64,000 nt of DNA. Source: an uncultured Nitrososphaerales archaeon. GTDB taxonomy: Archaea; Thermoproteota; Nitrososphaeria; Nitrososphaerales; Nitrososphaeraceae. The translations under genes and the position numbers were made by a program. Below, piece after piece: positions 1 through 9,798 of the stretch (positions are counted from its first letter, which is position 1; each line of letters starts with the position of its first letter). The DNA lies in assembly GCA_963841565.1 (NCBI GenBank), contig CAWJCY010000003.1:160001-224000 (forward strand), read 5' to 3'. The notes under the pieces are model-generated. The model had not been told where the DNA came from and searched no databases. It saw only the letters and a list, made by a program, of their open reading frames with translations.

Positions 1-57
1 GCTAGTTGCAGAGCGGAGAATTGAAGCCATGACTTCAATATCTGAGCGGTTCTTCAT
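1..57 (-). CDS. 5' end of a winged helix-turn-helix protein (partial, runs off window start)
   Basis: Manual translation from ATG at 57: MKNRSDIEVMASILRSATS..., resembling the N-terminus of small thaumarchaeal wHTH regulators (MKxRSxxEIxxxIL). Confidence 0.6.
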   Translation of the reverse strand, partial: MKNRSDIEVMASILRSATS

Positions 58-296
58 CGGTAGCCAATTTCTGAATTGACGTAAGAGAATAAAAAATGGT
101 TTGACAAATTATAACGACAATATGTTTGGATAATTCTCACGTGTTTGAGATCTATCTGTATCAAGCAGCCGTAAACTCTGATCAAACATCACGAAAATTG
201 TATAGTGACAAATTTCAAGCTTCCATGGCCTTACGATCCAAATCATTAAAGAATGAGAAATACAATTTTATATGAACTTCAGATGATTTCAAATTC

Positions 297-1634
297 ATGA
301 AAAAGAATGCAATAAAGAAATGCATTAACCCAAAATGTGGAAAAACTTTCGATATCATTAGCGGAGCCTATTCATGTTCTTGCAATTCTCTGTTAGATAT
401 TACTTACCTTGACAAACCGAAACAGGAGTTAATAGAAGTATTCTACTCACGGAGAAATCACGGTGGAAATATATATAATGAAAGCGGGGTATGGCGTTTT
501 CGCGATCTTATTAATTTTCTTGGAATAGATACAGAAGACTTGGATGAGTGCGCACAAATACTTGTATCTCTCGACGGGGCAGAAGGGAGACTGTCAAAAC
601 CGTACCGGATGAGTAAAGTTGCAGAATACGTCAGCTTGAAACAGGACTGCCTCCTGCTACAGCCGGAAGGCTACAATCCAAGCGGATCATTTAAGGACAA
701 TGGCATGTCTACAGCAATAACGCACGCGAAAGCCACCGGCGTGAACATGATTATATGTGCATCCACCGGAAATACTTCCGCTTCGGCAGCCATGTACGCA
801 GCCAATGAAAATATGAGATGTGAAGTTTATATTCCAAAAGGAGAAATTGCTGCTGGAAAACTAGGGCAAGCTTTCCAATTTGGTGCCCAAGTAATTCAGG
901 TGGATGGAAACTTTGATGATGCTCTCAATCAATCGTTAGCAAAGGTAAATCTTCATAATGGATACACCGTGAATTCTGTGAATCCCTTTAGGTTGGAAGG
1001 CCAAAAGACAATAGTATACAGGATATTAGAAAATTTAGATTGGAACCCCCCGGACTGGCTTGTATATCCTGGCGGAGCGCTGGGAAATACCGCTAGTTGC
1101 GGAAAATGTCTAATGGAATTATATGATTGGGGATGGATTAAGAAGGTCCCTCGGTTGGTTGTTGTGAATTCAACCGGTGCAAATACGTTCTATGAACTAG
1201 TTAATGGGAAATTTGAAGGTCAAAAACTTACCTGGAATGCTGGAAATTTCAATACTAATCTGTTGGACAGATACTATGCCTACAAGGACAGTAAGGCATT
1301 ACTGCCCAAAACTAAAGCAACGGCGATTCAAATTGGAAAACCTGCAAACATAGCTAAAGCTCTTCGAGCGATAGAATTCACAGATGGAGTTGTAGTCCAA
1401 GTGAATGATAAAGAGATGAGTCATGGCATGGCAGTTGTAGGCCTGAACGGATTTGACTGTGAAATGGCATCTGGCGCAGTCCCTGCAGGCATCAAGGCAC
1501 TAAGGGAACAAGAGGTGATAAAAAGTGATGATATTGCAGTAGGGGTGCTAACAGGGAGGCAGAAGGACCCAGCGTTGGCTGTAGAATACCACTCCGACCC
1601 AAAAAACTTGTTCGCGAGACCCCCAATTGTTTAG
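297..1634 (+). CDS. thrC: Threonine synthase (PLP-dependent) with N-terminal Cys cluster
   Basis: NPSGSFKD PLP-lysine motif, CASTGNTSAS, NSVNPFRLEGQKT. Confidence 0.9.
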   Translation: MKKNAIKKCINPKCGKTFDIISGAYSCSCNSLLDITYLDKPKQELIEVFYSRRNHGGNIYNESGVWRFRDLINFLGIDTEDLDECAQILVSLDGAEGRLSKPYRMSKVAEYVSLKQDCLLLQPEGYNPSGSFKDNGMSTAITHAKATGVNMIICASTGNTSASAAMYAANENMRCEVYIPKGEIAAGKLGQAFQFGAQVIQVDGNFDDALNQSLAKVNLHNGYTVNSVNPFRLEGQKTIVYRILENLDWNPPDWLVYPGGALGNTASCGKCLMELYDWGWIKKVPRLVVVNSTGANTFYELVNGKFEGQKLTWNAGNFNTNLLDRYYAYKDSKALLPKTKATAIQIGKPANIAKALRAIEFTDGVVVQVNDKEMSHGMAVVGLNGFDCEMASGAVPAGIKALREQEVIKSDDIAVGVLTGRQKDPALAVEYHSDPKNLFARPPIV

Positions 1635-1659
1635 ATCCATCAAGGCCAAGTCTGTTCTA

Positions 1660-2628
1660 TCACAAGTTTGTAAGTTTTAAGAACGGATGAGCAGCTAATA
1701 TGTAGCTAACAAGCAACAATGTCCCAGTAATCCGAGCGAGAACCAGAGTAGATTCCATGGCAACTAACAATCCTTCCGGCTCTGCCTTCTTCATTCCTTT
1801 TACCGCTTTGAAGAAGTAGGGTATTGAAATGAAGCAGATTAATGAGTAGATTACAATGAGATTAAATACAACTCCTAAAATAATCAAAATAAAAGGTGAA
1901 ACAAGAAGTATAGGATACAATCTAAATGCCTGCTCTTTGCCTAGGCTAATTGCGAGCGTTTTCCTTCCTTTAGATTTATCCGCATCAAAGTCTGGGAAGG
2001 ATGTTATGAACAAAACACAGCCTGATAGTACCCCCAGTATTATGCCATTATAAAATGGAATGAAATCAACCGAATTTGTCAGGACGTAGTATGTGCCAAA
2101 CACGATAAGAGCACCTTTAAGGGCAACAAAAAATTCCCCAAGTCCTCTGTAAACAAGTTTATTTGAATAAGTGTAAACCGAAAAAACAGCAATTCCTAGA
2201 ATAACTCCGACTATTGGACCTCTCAATACGATAAAATATATCCCTATAAGAGATCCCATAATGAGGAACAATAACCCAACAATGTAAACGTGCTTCGCTT
2301 TAAGGAGACCGGTGGGCAATACTCCTGTACCACCACTAAATTTTGTTCGTCTTGTGATTTTGTCTATTCCTTTTACGTAGTCCCAATAGTCATTCAACAG
2401 ATCTATGCTAAAATGTAGGAATACTACGCCTGCAAGAATGAGTAGAGTGAAAGAAATGTTAACCTGAGCAGTCTCATAGTAGACTATGGATACTCCTAAA
2501 AGAACTGCTATGACCGAAGATAGTACAAACCTTAGTCTTACTACTCTAGACCATGCATACAATGGATTCCTAATTTCCATTTCTTTACTGTTGTCACCAA
2601 GCCCTTCATTCTTATCGCTGACTTTCAC
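1660..2628 (-). CDS. menA: UbiA-family prenyltransferase, MenA-like
   Basis: NDYWDYVKGID and DFDADKSKGRKTL Asp-rich motifs; multiple TM helices; start may be the ATG at ~2580. Confidence 0.8.
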   Translation of the reverse strand: MKVSDKNEGLGDNSKEMEIRNPLYAWSRVVRLRFVLSSVIAVLLGVSIVYYETAQVNISFTLLILAGVVFLHFSIDLLNDYWDYVKGIDKITRRTKFSGGTGVLPTGLLKAKHVYIVGLLFLIMGSLIGIYFIVLRGPIVGVILGIAVFSVYTYSNKLVYRGLGEFFVALKGALIVFGTYYVLTNSVDFIPFYNGIILGVLSGCVLFITSFPDFDADKSKGRKTLAISLGKEQAFRLYPILLVSPFILIILGVVFNLIVIYSLICFISIPYFFKAVKGMKKAEPEGLLVAMESTLVLARITGTLLLVSYILAAHPFLKLTNL

Positions 2629-2679
2629 AAATATAAAATAGTGATCGCAATTACATCATGATTACGAGTAAAGACATTT

Positions 2680-3465
2680 ATGAATTTTGAAGTGGCTAAT
2701 TTGAAGGTCGCCATTGGCTCCTGCGTTTTCGGAAGGCAGATTAGGAGTTTTAAGGAAATCTCTTCAACCCAAGATTATGCCATCTCGATTGCTGAAAAAG
2801 AACCCTATTGTCATGGCGTGGTCGTAATATCAGAATCTCAATTATTTGGACGTGGTAGAATGGGGAGGAGGTGGATATCACCACCTGGAGGGTTGTGGTT
2901 CTCAGTAATAATTAAGTCGGATATAAAGACAAGTTCCAGTCTATTTCTGTCTTATGCAATGTCATTGGCAGTGTGTGAAACAATAACAAATAATTTCAAT
3001 CTAGAAGCCTTCATTAAGTGGCCCAATGATGTTCTTATTAAAGCAAGAAAAGTGGCCGGTATTCTGATAAACTCTGCGGTTCGTGGAGAGGACTTGGAAT
3101 ACTGTGTTGTTGGAGTAGGAATAAATTTGAATGCAAGGCCACAAGGGCTAAAAGGATCAACTTCATTAGTTGAACACACCTGCCAGTCATCGATTGCCTT
3201 AGAAACTTTCTTAGCCTCCGTTCTTGCTCTTTTCAATAACTACTATGATGAAATACAGTCTGGAAACTGGGATTTGATCACGAAGCGCTGGAAATTGTAT
3301 TGTCCCATGATGGGAAAGAGGATCAAGCTAGTAGGGAATGGAATTCAATTAGATGGGGTAGCCAGCAATATTGATTCAGATGGTTTCCTGATATTGGTTA
3401 CACCCGGGGGCCAAAAAATCAAAATTTCAGATACACAAGCGGCGTCAATAAAAATCAAATCTTGA
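2680..3465 (+). CDS. birA: Biotin--[acetyl-CoA carboxylase] ligase
   Basis: GRGRMGRRW, KWPNDV, KVAGIL, GVGINLN motifs. Confidence 0.93.
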   Translation: MNFEVANLKVAIGSCVFGRQIRSFKEISSTQDYAISIAEKEPYCHGVVVISESQLFGRGRMGRRWISPPGGLWFSVIIKSDIKTSSSLFLSYAMSLAVCETITNNFNLEAFIKWPNDVLIKARKVAGILINSAVRGEDLEYCVVGVGINLNARPQGLKGSTSLVEHTCQSSIALETFLASVLALFNNYYDEIQSGNWDLITKRWKLYCPMMGKRIKLVGNGIQLDGVASNIDSDGFLILVTPGGQKIKISDTQAASIKIKS

Positions 3466-3479
3466 AACAGTTACAATAC

Positions 3480-4919
3480 TTAACTCCTATTACTGCTTGT
3501 TAGCCTACATATCACATTCACATCATTCACATTGGTCAACGTCTTTCCTGTAATTATCTGGGAACCCAATTTCGTGAAGGCGAGCACTGCTGTCATGATT
3601 CTTTAGATATCTTCGTAATTCTTCTTTTGTGCTAGGACTATCATGACTCACCATCGTGCCTGTAACCAATGCCCCGGCCGCCATAGAATTACCATCTATC
3701 CCATCCGTCCCTACGCAGCAAATTGAGACATCTCGTCCAGCTGAAATCTCAAGCGACAAAAGGGCGTGTAGTGCTGCCTTCCTGATTCCGACCACCGGTT
3801 CCATTTTTCCCTTGCTTATTCAGTCGGACAGTTGTTTCTCCACCAAGGACGATCGCAAATGGGACCGACAATGATTTCAACCCATTAGTCATAAAGGAAA
3901 GCCATTTCCCGTGTTCTGCCACGTCTCCGCCAAAATGAGAACCCAATACCAGTGTATCTATTTTTTTTGACCTTAAATAGCCCGAGGCTGCACCGCAAGC
4001 TGTCGCGTTATTCCCGAGTATAGCGTAATCAGCTTTTCTGTGATATTTGAATCTATTCTGACGACCTTTCATCTCAACTTCGATGCCATTTGTGATAATA
4101 TTCCTAATTCTCTCCGTGTGTGAATTATCAATATTCCAAATATCGTACTTTGACAATATTCTCTTCGCATCGATGAATGAAGTATCATTAGGAAATGTAG
4201 GACCCGAGGCAATTGTCTGAATTTCGTCACCGATTACGTCGGAAATTACAAGAGTCAAAAAGGTAGTTGATGAGGGTGAGAATCGGATCAATTTCCCCCC
4301 CTTTACCTGTGAAAGGTGCATTCTTACTACATTCATATCTTGGATTGCGAGCCCCTGACGAGAGCAATGAATGCGTTACATATCTCTTATCAGCCAATGT
4401 AATCCCTTTCACAGGAAGAGACAAGAGAGCAGATCCTCCTCCCGACAATAGCACAAAAACTAGGTCATTAGGTTTGGCCCGCTGAAGAATACTTACAATT
4501 CTTTCGGTACCTTTAATGCTATTAGCGTCAGGTAACGGATGCCCAGCTTCAACTACATCTATTTCACGTATCCTTTTTGAAGTCCCGTATGGGGTGATAA
4601 TTGATCCCGAAATATGCGAAGAATTATCCCTGCTTTTTTGAAGCACTTTTAATAGGCCCATTGCCATGGGCACAGAGGCCTTTCCAGCGCCGACTATGAA
4701 GAACTCGTCATATTTCGTTAAGTCATATGTTAATGTTTTATTTCTAATATCAGATACTATCAGTCTACCTTGATTCCTGCTAACAGCCTTTGATATCAAT
4801 TTCACAGGTTCAACCCCTGTTATGGCTGCTTCCACTGCAGATAATGCGAATTTGGCTGAAGTGAGTCCATGGTACCTTTTCAATATAGAGTTCTTGTTGT
4901 GGATAGTCGAATTTGTCAT
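3480..4919 (-). CDS. Glycerate 2-kinase (DUF4147 + MOFRL), broken by three +1 frameshifts (~4349, ~3778, ~3582); sequencing error or pseudogene
   Basis: GAGKAS, EAGHPLPD, SGGGSAL, KGGKL, SDVIGD..IASGPT, GGETTV, GGRNQE, GTDGIDG and TGKTLTNVND motifs lie in four successive frame segments; removing one base at each junction gives one continuous ORF ending TAA at 3480. Confidence 0.85.
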
Positions 4920-5159
4920 CTGATATGTGCGACTTAGGATGAATTAATCTAGATATGAAGATTAGTATCCCGATTGTAAATTTTCTTGCATCTATTTGTA
5001 AAAATAATGCGAAAAAAACCTTTGCAAATTGGCTAAGCACCTGCACATCTTTACAAATCATTTCAATAGTTGCCAAAAGGACAAATGATTATTCATGAAG
5101 AGCATTTACAGTTTCTAATTTTTCTCAAGATACATTAATCTAGGAATTAATGCAGAGAT

Positions 5160-5534
5160 ATGTTGCTCGTGCTAGATAAAATGGTGCTGGATCTTAAATT
5201 GAAAGGTCTGTCGGGAAGAAGGGGACTTATGTTTGTTCCTTACTACGGAAGATCCCGGGCATTTATCGGCAATTATAGATCATGGAAAGAGTTCAATTCA
5301 GATGGGCGGATCGCAGAAATAGCAAGCTCCTTATTAAGTCATGAAACGCTCCATCTCACCCTCAACAAGATATCCTTTAGTGCTTCTGCGCAATTGGATG
5401 AACTTTTTGGTCAGTCAAACTATTGGGAGAAATACACCCATGGATTGGGTGAACTTGAAAATATGCAAAGCCACAGACTTCCTCCTTCAAAGAATGCTGG
5501 AAAGCGTGCCAGAAAAAGAAATAGAAAGAAATAA
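5160..5534 (+). CDS. Hypothetical protein with HExxH motif and basic C-terminal tail
   Basis: 124-aa ORF, SHETLH motif, C-terminal KRARKRNRKK. Confidence 0.6.
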   Translation: MLLVLDKMVLDLKLKGLSGRRGLMFVPYYGRSRAFIGNYRSWKEFNSDGRIAEIASSLLSHETLHLTLNKISFSASAQLDELFGQSNYWEKYTHGLGELENMQSHRLPPSKNAGKRARKRNRKK

Positions 5535-5729
5535 CATCCTGACACGCTAGTTATAGCGTCTTAGTGGTTTCTATGATAACTCCCCTCTGCCACAGATAAT
5601 AATTAAATTCAAGTTTATTGTCATAGATGGAAATTGATTGATTTTTGAAAACGAGCTGACGACCTCGTACTTGTGAATTTGAAACCCCAGTGAAAATAAA
5701 TATGGTCTGTATTCCAGATAAAGCAAATT

Positions 5730-7139
5730 TTGCCTTCAAAGAGGAAAACGGACCTACATTTTGTCAAGCTTGATGTGCCAGCTGATCAATTCAAAGTATT
5801 CAAAAGTATTTACAGGATATTTGATACCGTTTTCCTGTTAGAATCATTACAAGGACCCAAAGAATTATCGGAAATCTCTATTATTGGCTTCGACCCTTTG
5901 AGTAAAGTTACTATTGAAAACGATAATGTTACTATAATTAAGGGAGAAAATTCAACACAATATGATAAAACAGATGACCCCCTATCACCTATCAAGGGTA
6001 TACTCCCACATGTAGAGGACCAGCGCTTTCGGTACGTTGGCGGGGCAGTCGGATACATTTCTTATGACGCCGTCAACTCCTGGGAAAATCTGAGGTCGAA
6101 AAATAAGAAAAGGAAATTCCTTTCGGACAGATTTCCAATGCTTGAATTCGGTATTTACACCGACGGGATCATAGTGGATCACGCCGAAACCAAGGTATAT
6201 TACTTTTATCAGGGCAGAACTTCACGTATCGATCAAGTATCGAAAATTCTTAGGAGTCATGACGAAGAGGATTTTGGAGAGCACTTTAATTTCACTCCGC
6301 CTATCAACAATGTCTCAAGAAATCAGTATATGGATATGGTGAAAAAAGCAAAGGAATTTATCTATCGGGGAGATATTTTCCAAGCAGTTCTATCCAGAAA
6401 TTTGCGATTCATTATTCAGGGCGATCCGTTATGCGTTTATCAGAGTCTAAGACGGATCAATCCATCTCCTTATATGTATTTTCTAAAAACTAGTCGTGGA
6501 GTCCAGATTATTGGCTCCAGCCCAGAGATGCTGTTGCGCGTTTCAAAGGGTTATTTAGAAACATATCCTATTGCTGGTACCAGGCCTGTTGTTACCGAAC
6601 CTGAAACTAATGAAAAGCTCATGAGGGAGCTCGTGAATGACAAAAAGGAAATTGCGGAACACACAATGTTAGTCGATTTGGCTAGAAACGACGTGGGTAA
6701 AGTTAGTAAGTATGGGTCAGTAAATGTTAAAGATCTGATGGCAGTAAAGCGCTTCAGCCACGTTCAGCACATGGTTACTCATGTATCAGGCTCATTACGA
6801 AATTCATTTGATTACTTCGATGCCTTTAAGGCTCTCTTTCCAGCTGGGACGGTATCGGGCGCACCGAAAATACGGGCAATGGAAATTATAAACGGATTGG
6901 AGCCTACGAGAAGAGGTCCTTATGCAGGCGCGCTAGGGTATTTTTCTTCGAACGGCTCGTGCGATTTTGCGATTATTCTGCGGTCACTTTTTATCCGAGG
7001 AAATGAGGCATACTCCCAAGCAGGTGCAGGAATTGTCATGGAATCAGACCCTTCTACTGAGTGGAACGAAACAGAACAGAAGCTAAATGCAATCCTTCTT
7101 GCCTTGAAAGATTCTAAGATATATGGGAAGGAAATATAG
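5730..7139 (+). CDS. trpE: Anthranilate synthase component I (chorismate-binding)
   Basis: FLLES, GDIFQAVLS, NPSPYMYF, SSPEML, PIAGTRP, EHTMLVDLARND, PAGTVSGAPK. Confidence 0.9.
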   Translation: MPSKRKTDLHFVKLDVPADQFKVFKSIYRIFDTVFLLESLQGPKELSEISIIGFDPLSKVTIENDNVTIIKGENSTQYDKTDDPLSPIKGILPHVEDQRFRYVGGAVGYISYDAVNSWENLRSKNKKRKFLSDRFPMLEFGIYTDGIIVDHAETKVYYFYQGRTSRIDQVSKILRSHDEEDFGEHFNFTPPINNVSRNQYMDMVKKAKEFIYRGDIFQAVLSRNLRFIIQGDPLCVYQSLRRINPSPYMYFLKTSRGVQIIGSSPEMLLRVSKGYLETYPIAGTRPVVTEPETNEKLMRELVNDKKEIAEHTMLVDLARNDVGKVSKYGSVNVKDLMAVKRFSHVQHMVTHVSGSLRNSFDYFDAFKALFPAGTVSGAPKIRAMEIINGLEPTRRGPYAGALGYFSSNGSCDFAIILRSLFIRGNEAYSQAGAGIVMESDPSTEWNETEQKLNAILLALKDSKIYGKEI

Positions 7140-7182
7140 TTAACTGGCAATTATTTTCTCAGAGTAAGGATTCATTTCAAGC

Positions 7183-7353
7183 TTAAGCCTTTTCCATACG
7201 CAAGTCGAAATCAGACGGGTTCAAGCTAACCCCGCATGAGTTGCATCTTCCATTAAAGGGTCTTAATACATCCTTGACAGATTTTATGTTGATGATTCTA
7301 TTAATTCTACCCCCACATTTTTCACAAACTATTTCTATTGAAGGAAATGACAT
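7183..7353 (-). CDS. Small zinc-ribbon protein (56 aa, CxxC...CxxC)
   Basis: Manual translation MSFPSIEIVCEKCGGRINRIINIKSVKDVLRPFNGRCNSCGVSLNPSDFDLRMEKA*. Confidence 0.7.
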   Translation of the reverse strand: MSFPSIEIVCEKCGGRINRIINIKSVKDVLRPFNGRCNSCGVSLNPSDFDLRMEKA

Positions 7354-7525
7354 TAAGAGATACCTGTATCTTCGAATTCCTGAATATGAAATGATTTGTA
7401 AATTAACTTAAACTCTTTACTATGGTTATGCTAGATGGATATGTTCGCTGACTGAAAGTGGAGCCCGTGAATTAACTATTGTAGGCAAGAAAGAATAAAT
7501 AACAAAACCGGGCCAATAACAGTTC

Positions 7526-7675
7526 TTGCCTCTGGATCCTGTATGTGGGATAGAGTTATCACAGGAGTTAGCAGTCCCATTGAATTATCATGGCAAAGAA
7601 TACTTTTTCTGCTGTGAGGGGTGTAAGGGCATCTTTACCAGGAAGCCTAAAAAGTATTCAGGACGGAAGACTTGA
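7526..7675 (+). CDS. YHS/TRASH-domain metal-binding protein (49 aa)
   Basis: Manual translation from TTG: MPLDPVCGIELSQELAVPLNYHGKEYFFCCEGCKGIFTRKPKKYSGRKT*; DPVCG...YxFCxxxC...F...P.KY signature. Confidence 0.85.
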   Translation: MPLDPVCGIELSQELAVPLNYHGKEYFFCCEGCKGIFTRKPKKYSGRKT

Positions 7676-7730
7676 AATCTGCCTATCACTTGGTAAGTAT
7701 GCTCAGATACAGCAAGAACCGTGAATTTTC

Positions 7731-8771
7731 ATGAAGGCAGTTTTTGTTGATCCTCCTAATGGGGTGGTTGTAAGGAATGTTCCGTCGCCATATCCGAAGG
7801 AGGATGAAATTGTCGTCCGAATGAATGTATGTGGGTTATGCGGCTCCGATCTGGAGAAAACCAGAATCTCGTATGGGATGGGTTCTACCAAATTGGGCCA
7901 TGAACCTGTGGGTGAGATAATCAAGGTGGGAAACAAAGTTACTGGTTTCAAGGAAATGGAACGAGTCTTTACACATCACCATGTTCCGTGCTATTCATGC
8001 TACTACTGTTCGCATAACTCCGAAACTATGTGTGATTCGTATCAATCAAACAACTTGGAACCATGTGGATTATCTGAAGAATTTCTTGTTTCATCTATGC
8101 ATCTCCAAAGAGGAGGAGTTCTCAAGCTTCCAATATCTATAACTGATGAAGAGGCTTCATTGATTGAACCTCTGGCATGTTGCATAAGAGCCCTTACCAA
8201 ATGTGATCTGAAGAGTATGGAAGATATCGTAATCTTGGGAGCTGGACCAGTGGGTATGATGAATGCTCTATTAGCGAGGGATGCAGGAGTCAATAGGGTG
8301 GTTTTGATTGATCCCAATGAATTCAGATTGGATTTTGGCAAAAGGATGGGATTTGAGGTAATACATCCTGTAAAGGACGAGGAGAAAACGAGGAGCCTAA
8401 AAGGAGTTCTTTCCGGTAGAGGGGCAGACCTCGTTGTTGTTGCTACCGGCAATCAAAAAGCATTTACTCAGTCTTTAAGAATTGTGAGAAAGGGTGGGTC
8501 AATCATTCTTTTTGGCGTTCCCCCAAAATCGTCTTTTGTGGAAGTTGATCTTTCAATTCTGTATGCCAACGAGATTTCGATCCTGTCTTCGTACGCAGCG
8601 ACAGAGCGAGAAACCAATCAAGCTTTAAAGCTTTTGGGTAATAGGCGCTTGAATTTTGAAAGTCTGATAACGCATCAATTTGACTTAGAGAGCTCTGAAT
8701 CGGCTTTTAGGTGCGCCCATGATGCACTTGACGCTATGAAGGTTGTGATTTTCAATCAGAAAAAGAAATAA
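7731..8771 (+). CDS. Zn-dependent (MDR) alcohol/polyol dehydrogenase
   Basis: GLCGSD, LGHEPVG, CxxCxxC...C structural Zn site, EPLAC, GAGPVG. Confidence 0.9.
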   Translation: MKAVFVDPPNGVVVRNVPSPYPKEDEIVVRMNVCGLCGSDLEKTRISYGMGSTKLGHEPVGEIIKVGNKVTGFKEMERVFTHHHVPCYSCYYCSHNSETMCDSYQSNNLEPCGLSEEFLVSSMHLQRGGVLKLPISITDEEASLIEPLACCIRALTKCDLKSMEDIVILGAGPVGMMNALLARDAGVNRVVLIDPNEFRLDFGKRMGFEVIHPVKDEEKTRSLKGVLSGRGADLVVVATGNQKAFTQSLRIVRKGGSIILFGVPPKSSFVEVDLSILYANEISILSSYAATERETNQALKLLGNRRLNFESLITHQFDLESSESAFRCAHDALDAMKVVIFNQKKK

Positions 8772-8809
8772 TAGGGTCTAATCGTCGATTTGTACGAGTT
8801 AGAAAAGTC

Positions 8810-9623
8810 ATGAATTGGGGGATGAAAAATAGGTTGTCCCAGATTATGGGCCAGGATGATGGGCGATGTGTGATGCTCGCAGTAGATCACGGTTACTTTT
8901 TAGGCCCAACAGAAGGACTAGAAACTCCTCGAGAGGTTATCAGTCCTTTGTTGCCATTTGCTGATTCAATTATGCTAACTAGAGGTATTCTTAGGACATC
9001 TGTCCGCCCAGAGTCATGCGTTCCGGTAGTACTTCGGGTCTCTGGAGGAAGTAGCATAATTGGAGAAGACCTTTCCAAGGAGGCAGTAATCGCAAGTATC
9101 GAAGACGCCATCCGGCTTAACGCAAGTTGTCTTGCTGTATCAGTGTTCATTGGAAGCAAATATGAACAGCAAACTTTAATGAATCTAGCTAGACTAGTCG
9201 ACGAAGGTGAAAGGTATGGTATTCCAATTCTAGCGGTTACAGCAGTGGGAAGAGAAATGTCTCGCGACTCAAGATATTTGGGACTTTCTTGTAGAATTGC
9301 TGCAGAATTTGGAGCTCACATTGTTAAGACTTATTATTGCAATGACTTTGACACAGTTGTGAGGTCCTGTCCGGTACCACTGGTTATTGCTGGAGGTAAA
9401 AAACTCGATGAAAAAGATGCCTTGAAGCTCAGCTCATGACGCAATCTCGTCTGGGGCATCAGGAGTAGACATGGGTAGAAATATTTGGCAATCAAAAACT
9501 CCGGTCTCTATGATTAAGGCAGTGAGGTCTATTGTTCATGAAGGCCTAGGTGTTGAGGAAGCATATAGTACCTTCGTTCATCAGCCGGCTAATGAAAACG
9601 TGACAACGAAACTCCAAAAGTGA
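8810..9623 (+). CDS. lsrF: LsrF/DhnA-family class I aldolase/thiolase; +1 frameshift at ~9430
   Basis: MNWGMKNRL, LAVDHGYFLGP, IVKTYY, IAGGKK; C-terminal AHDAISSGASGVDMGRNIWQS continues in the +1 frame to TGA at 9623. Confidence 0.8.
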
Positions 9624-9798
9624 ATTGTCTGAGTTTTAACTTTAGAATAACACTTATAAATTATAACGAGCATCTGGTCAGATACATAATTTGAAATATG
9701 TTGTTGAGGAATTCATGCTTGCATGATGGAAGGAAGATAACGAAGACAGATTTTTCTGCTCCGTTTCGTTTGTTGTGTGGTGGAGGAACGGCTTTATT

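Noticed and set aside
3480-4919. Programmed frameshifting or introns in the glycerate kinase gene
   Set aside because: Each break is a single extra base with no slippery heptamer or BHB structure; better explained as motif-linked sequencing error or decay.
4810-5739. ORFs 4810..5076, 5341..5550 and 5551..5739
   Set aside because: They overlap real genes or intergenic DNA and have no recognisable motifs; likely spurious.
9437-9439. TGA read-through (selenocysteine) in lsrF
   Set aside because: The conserved C-terminus continues in a different frame, not in frame after the TGA.
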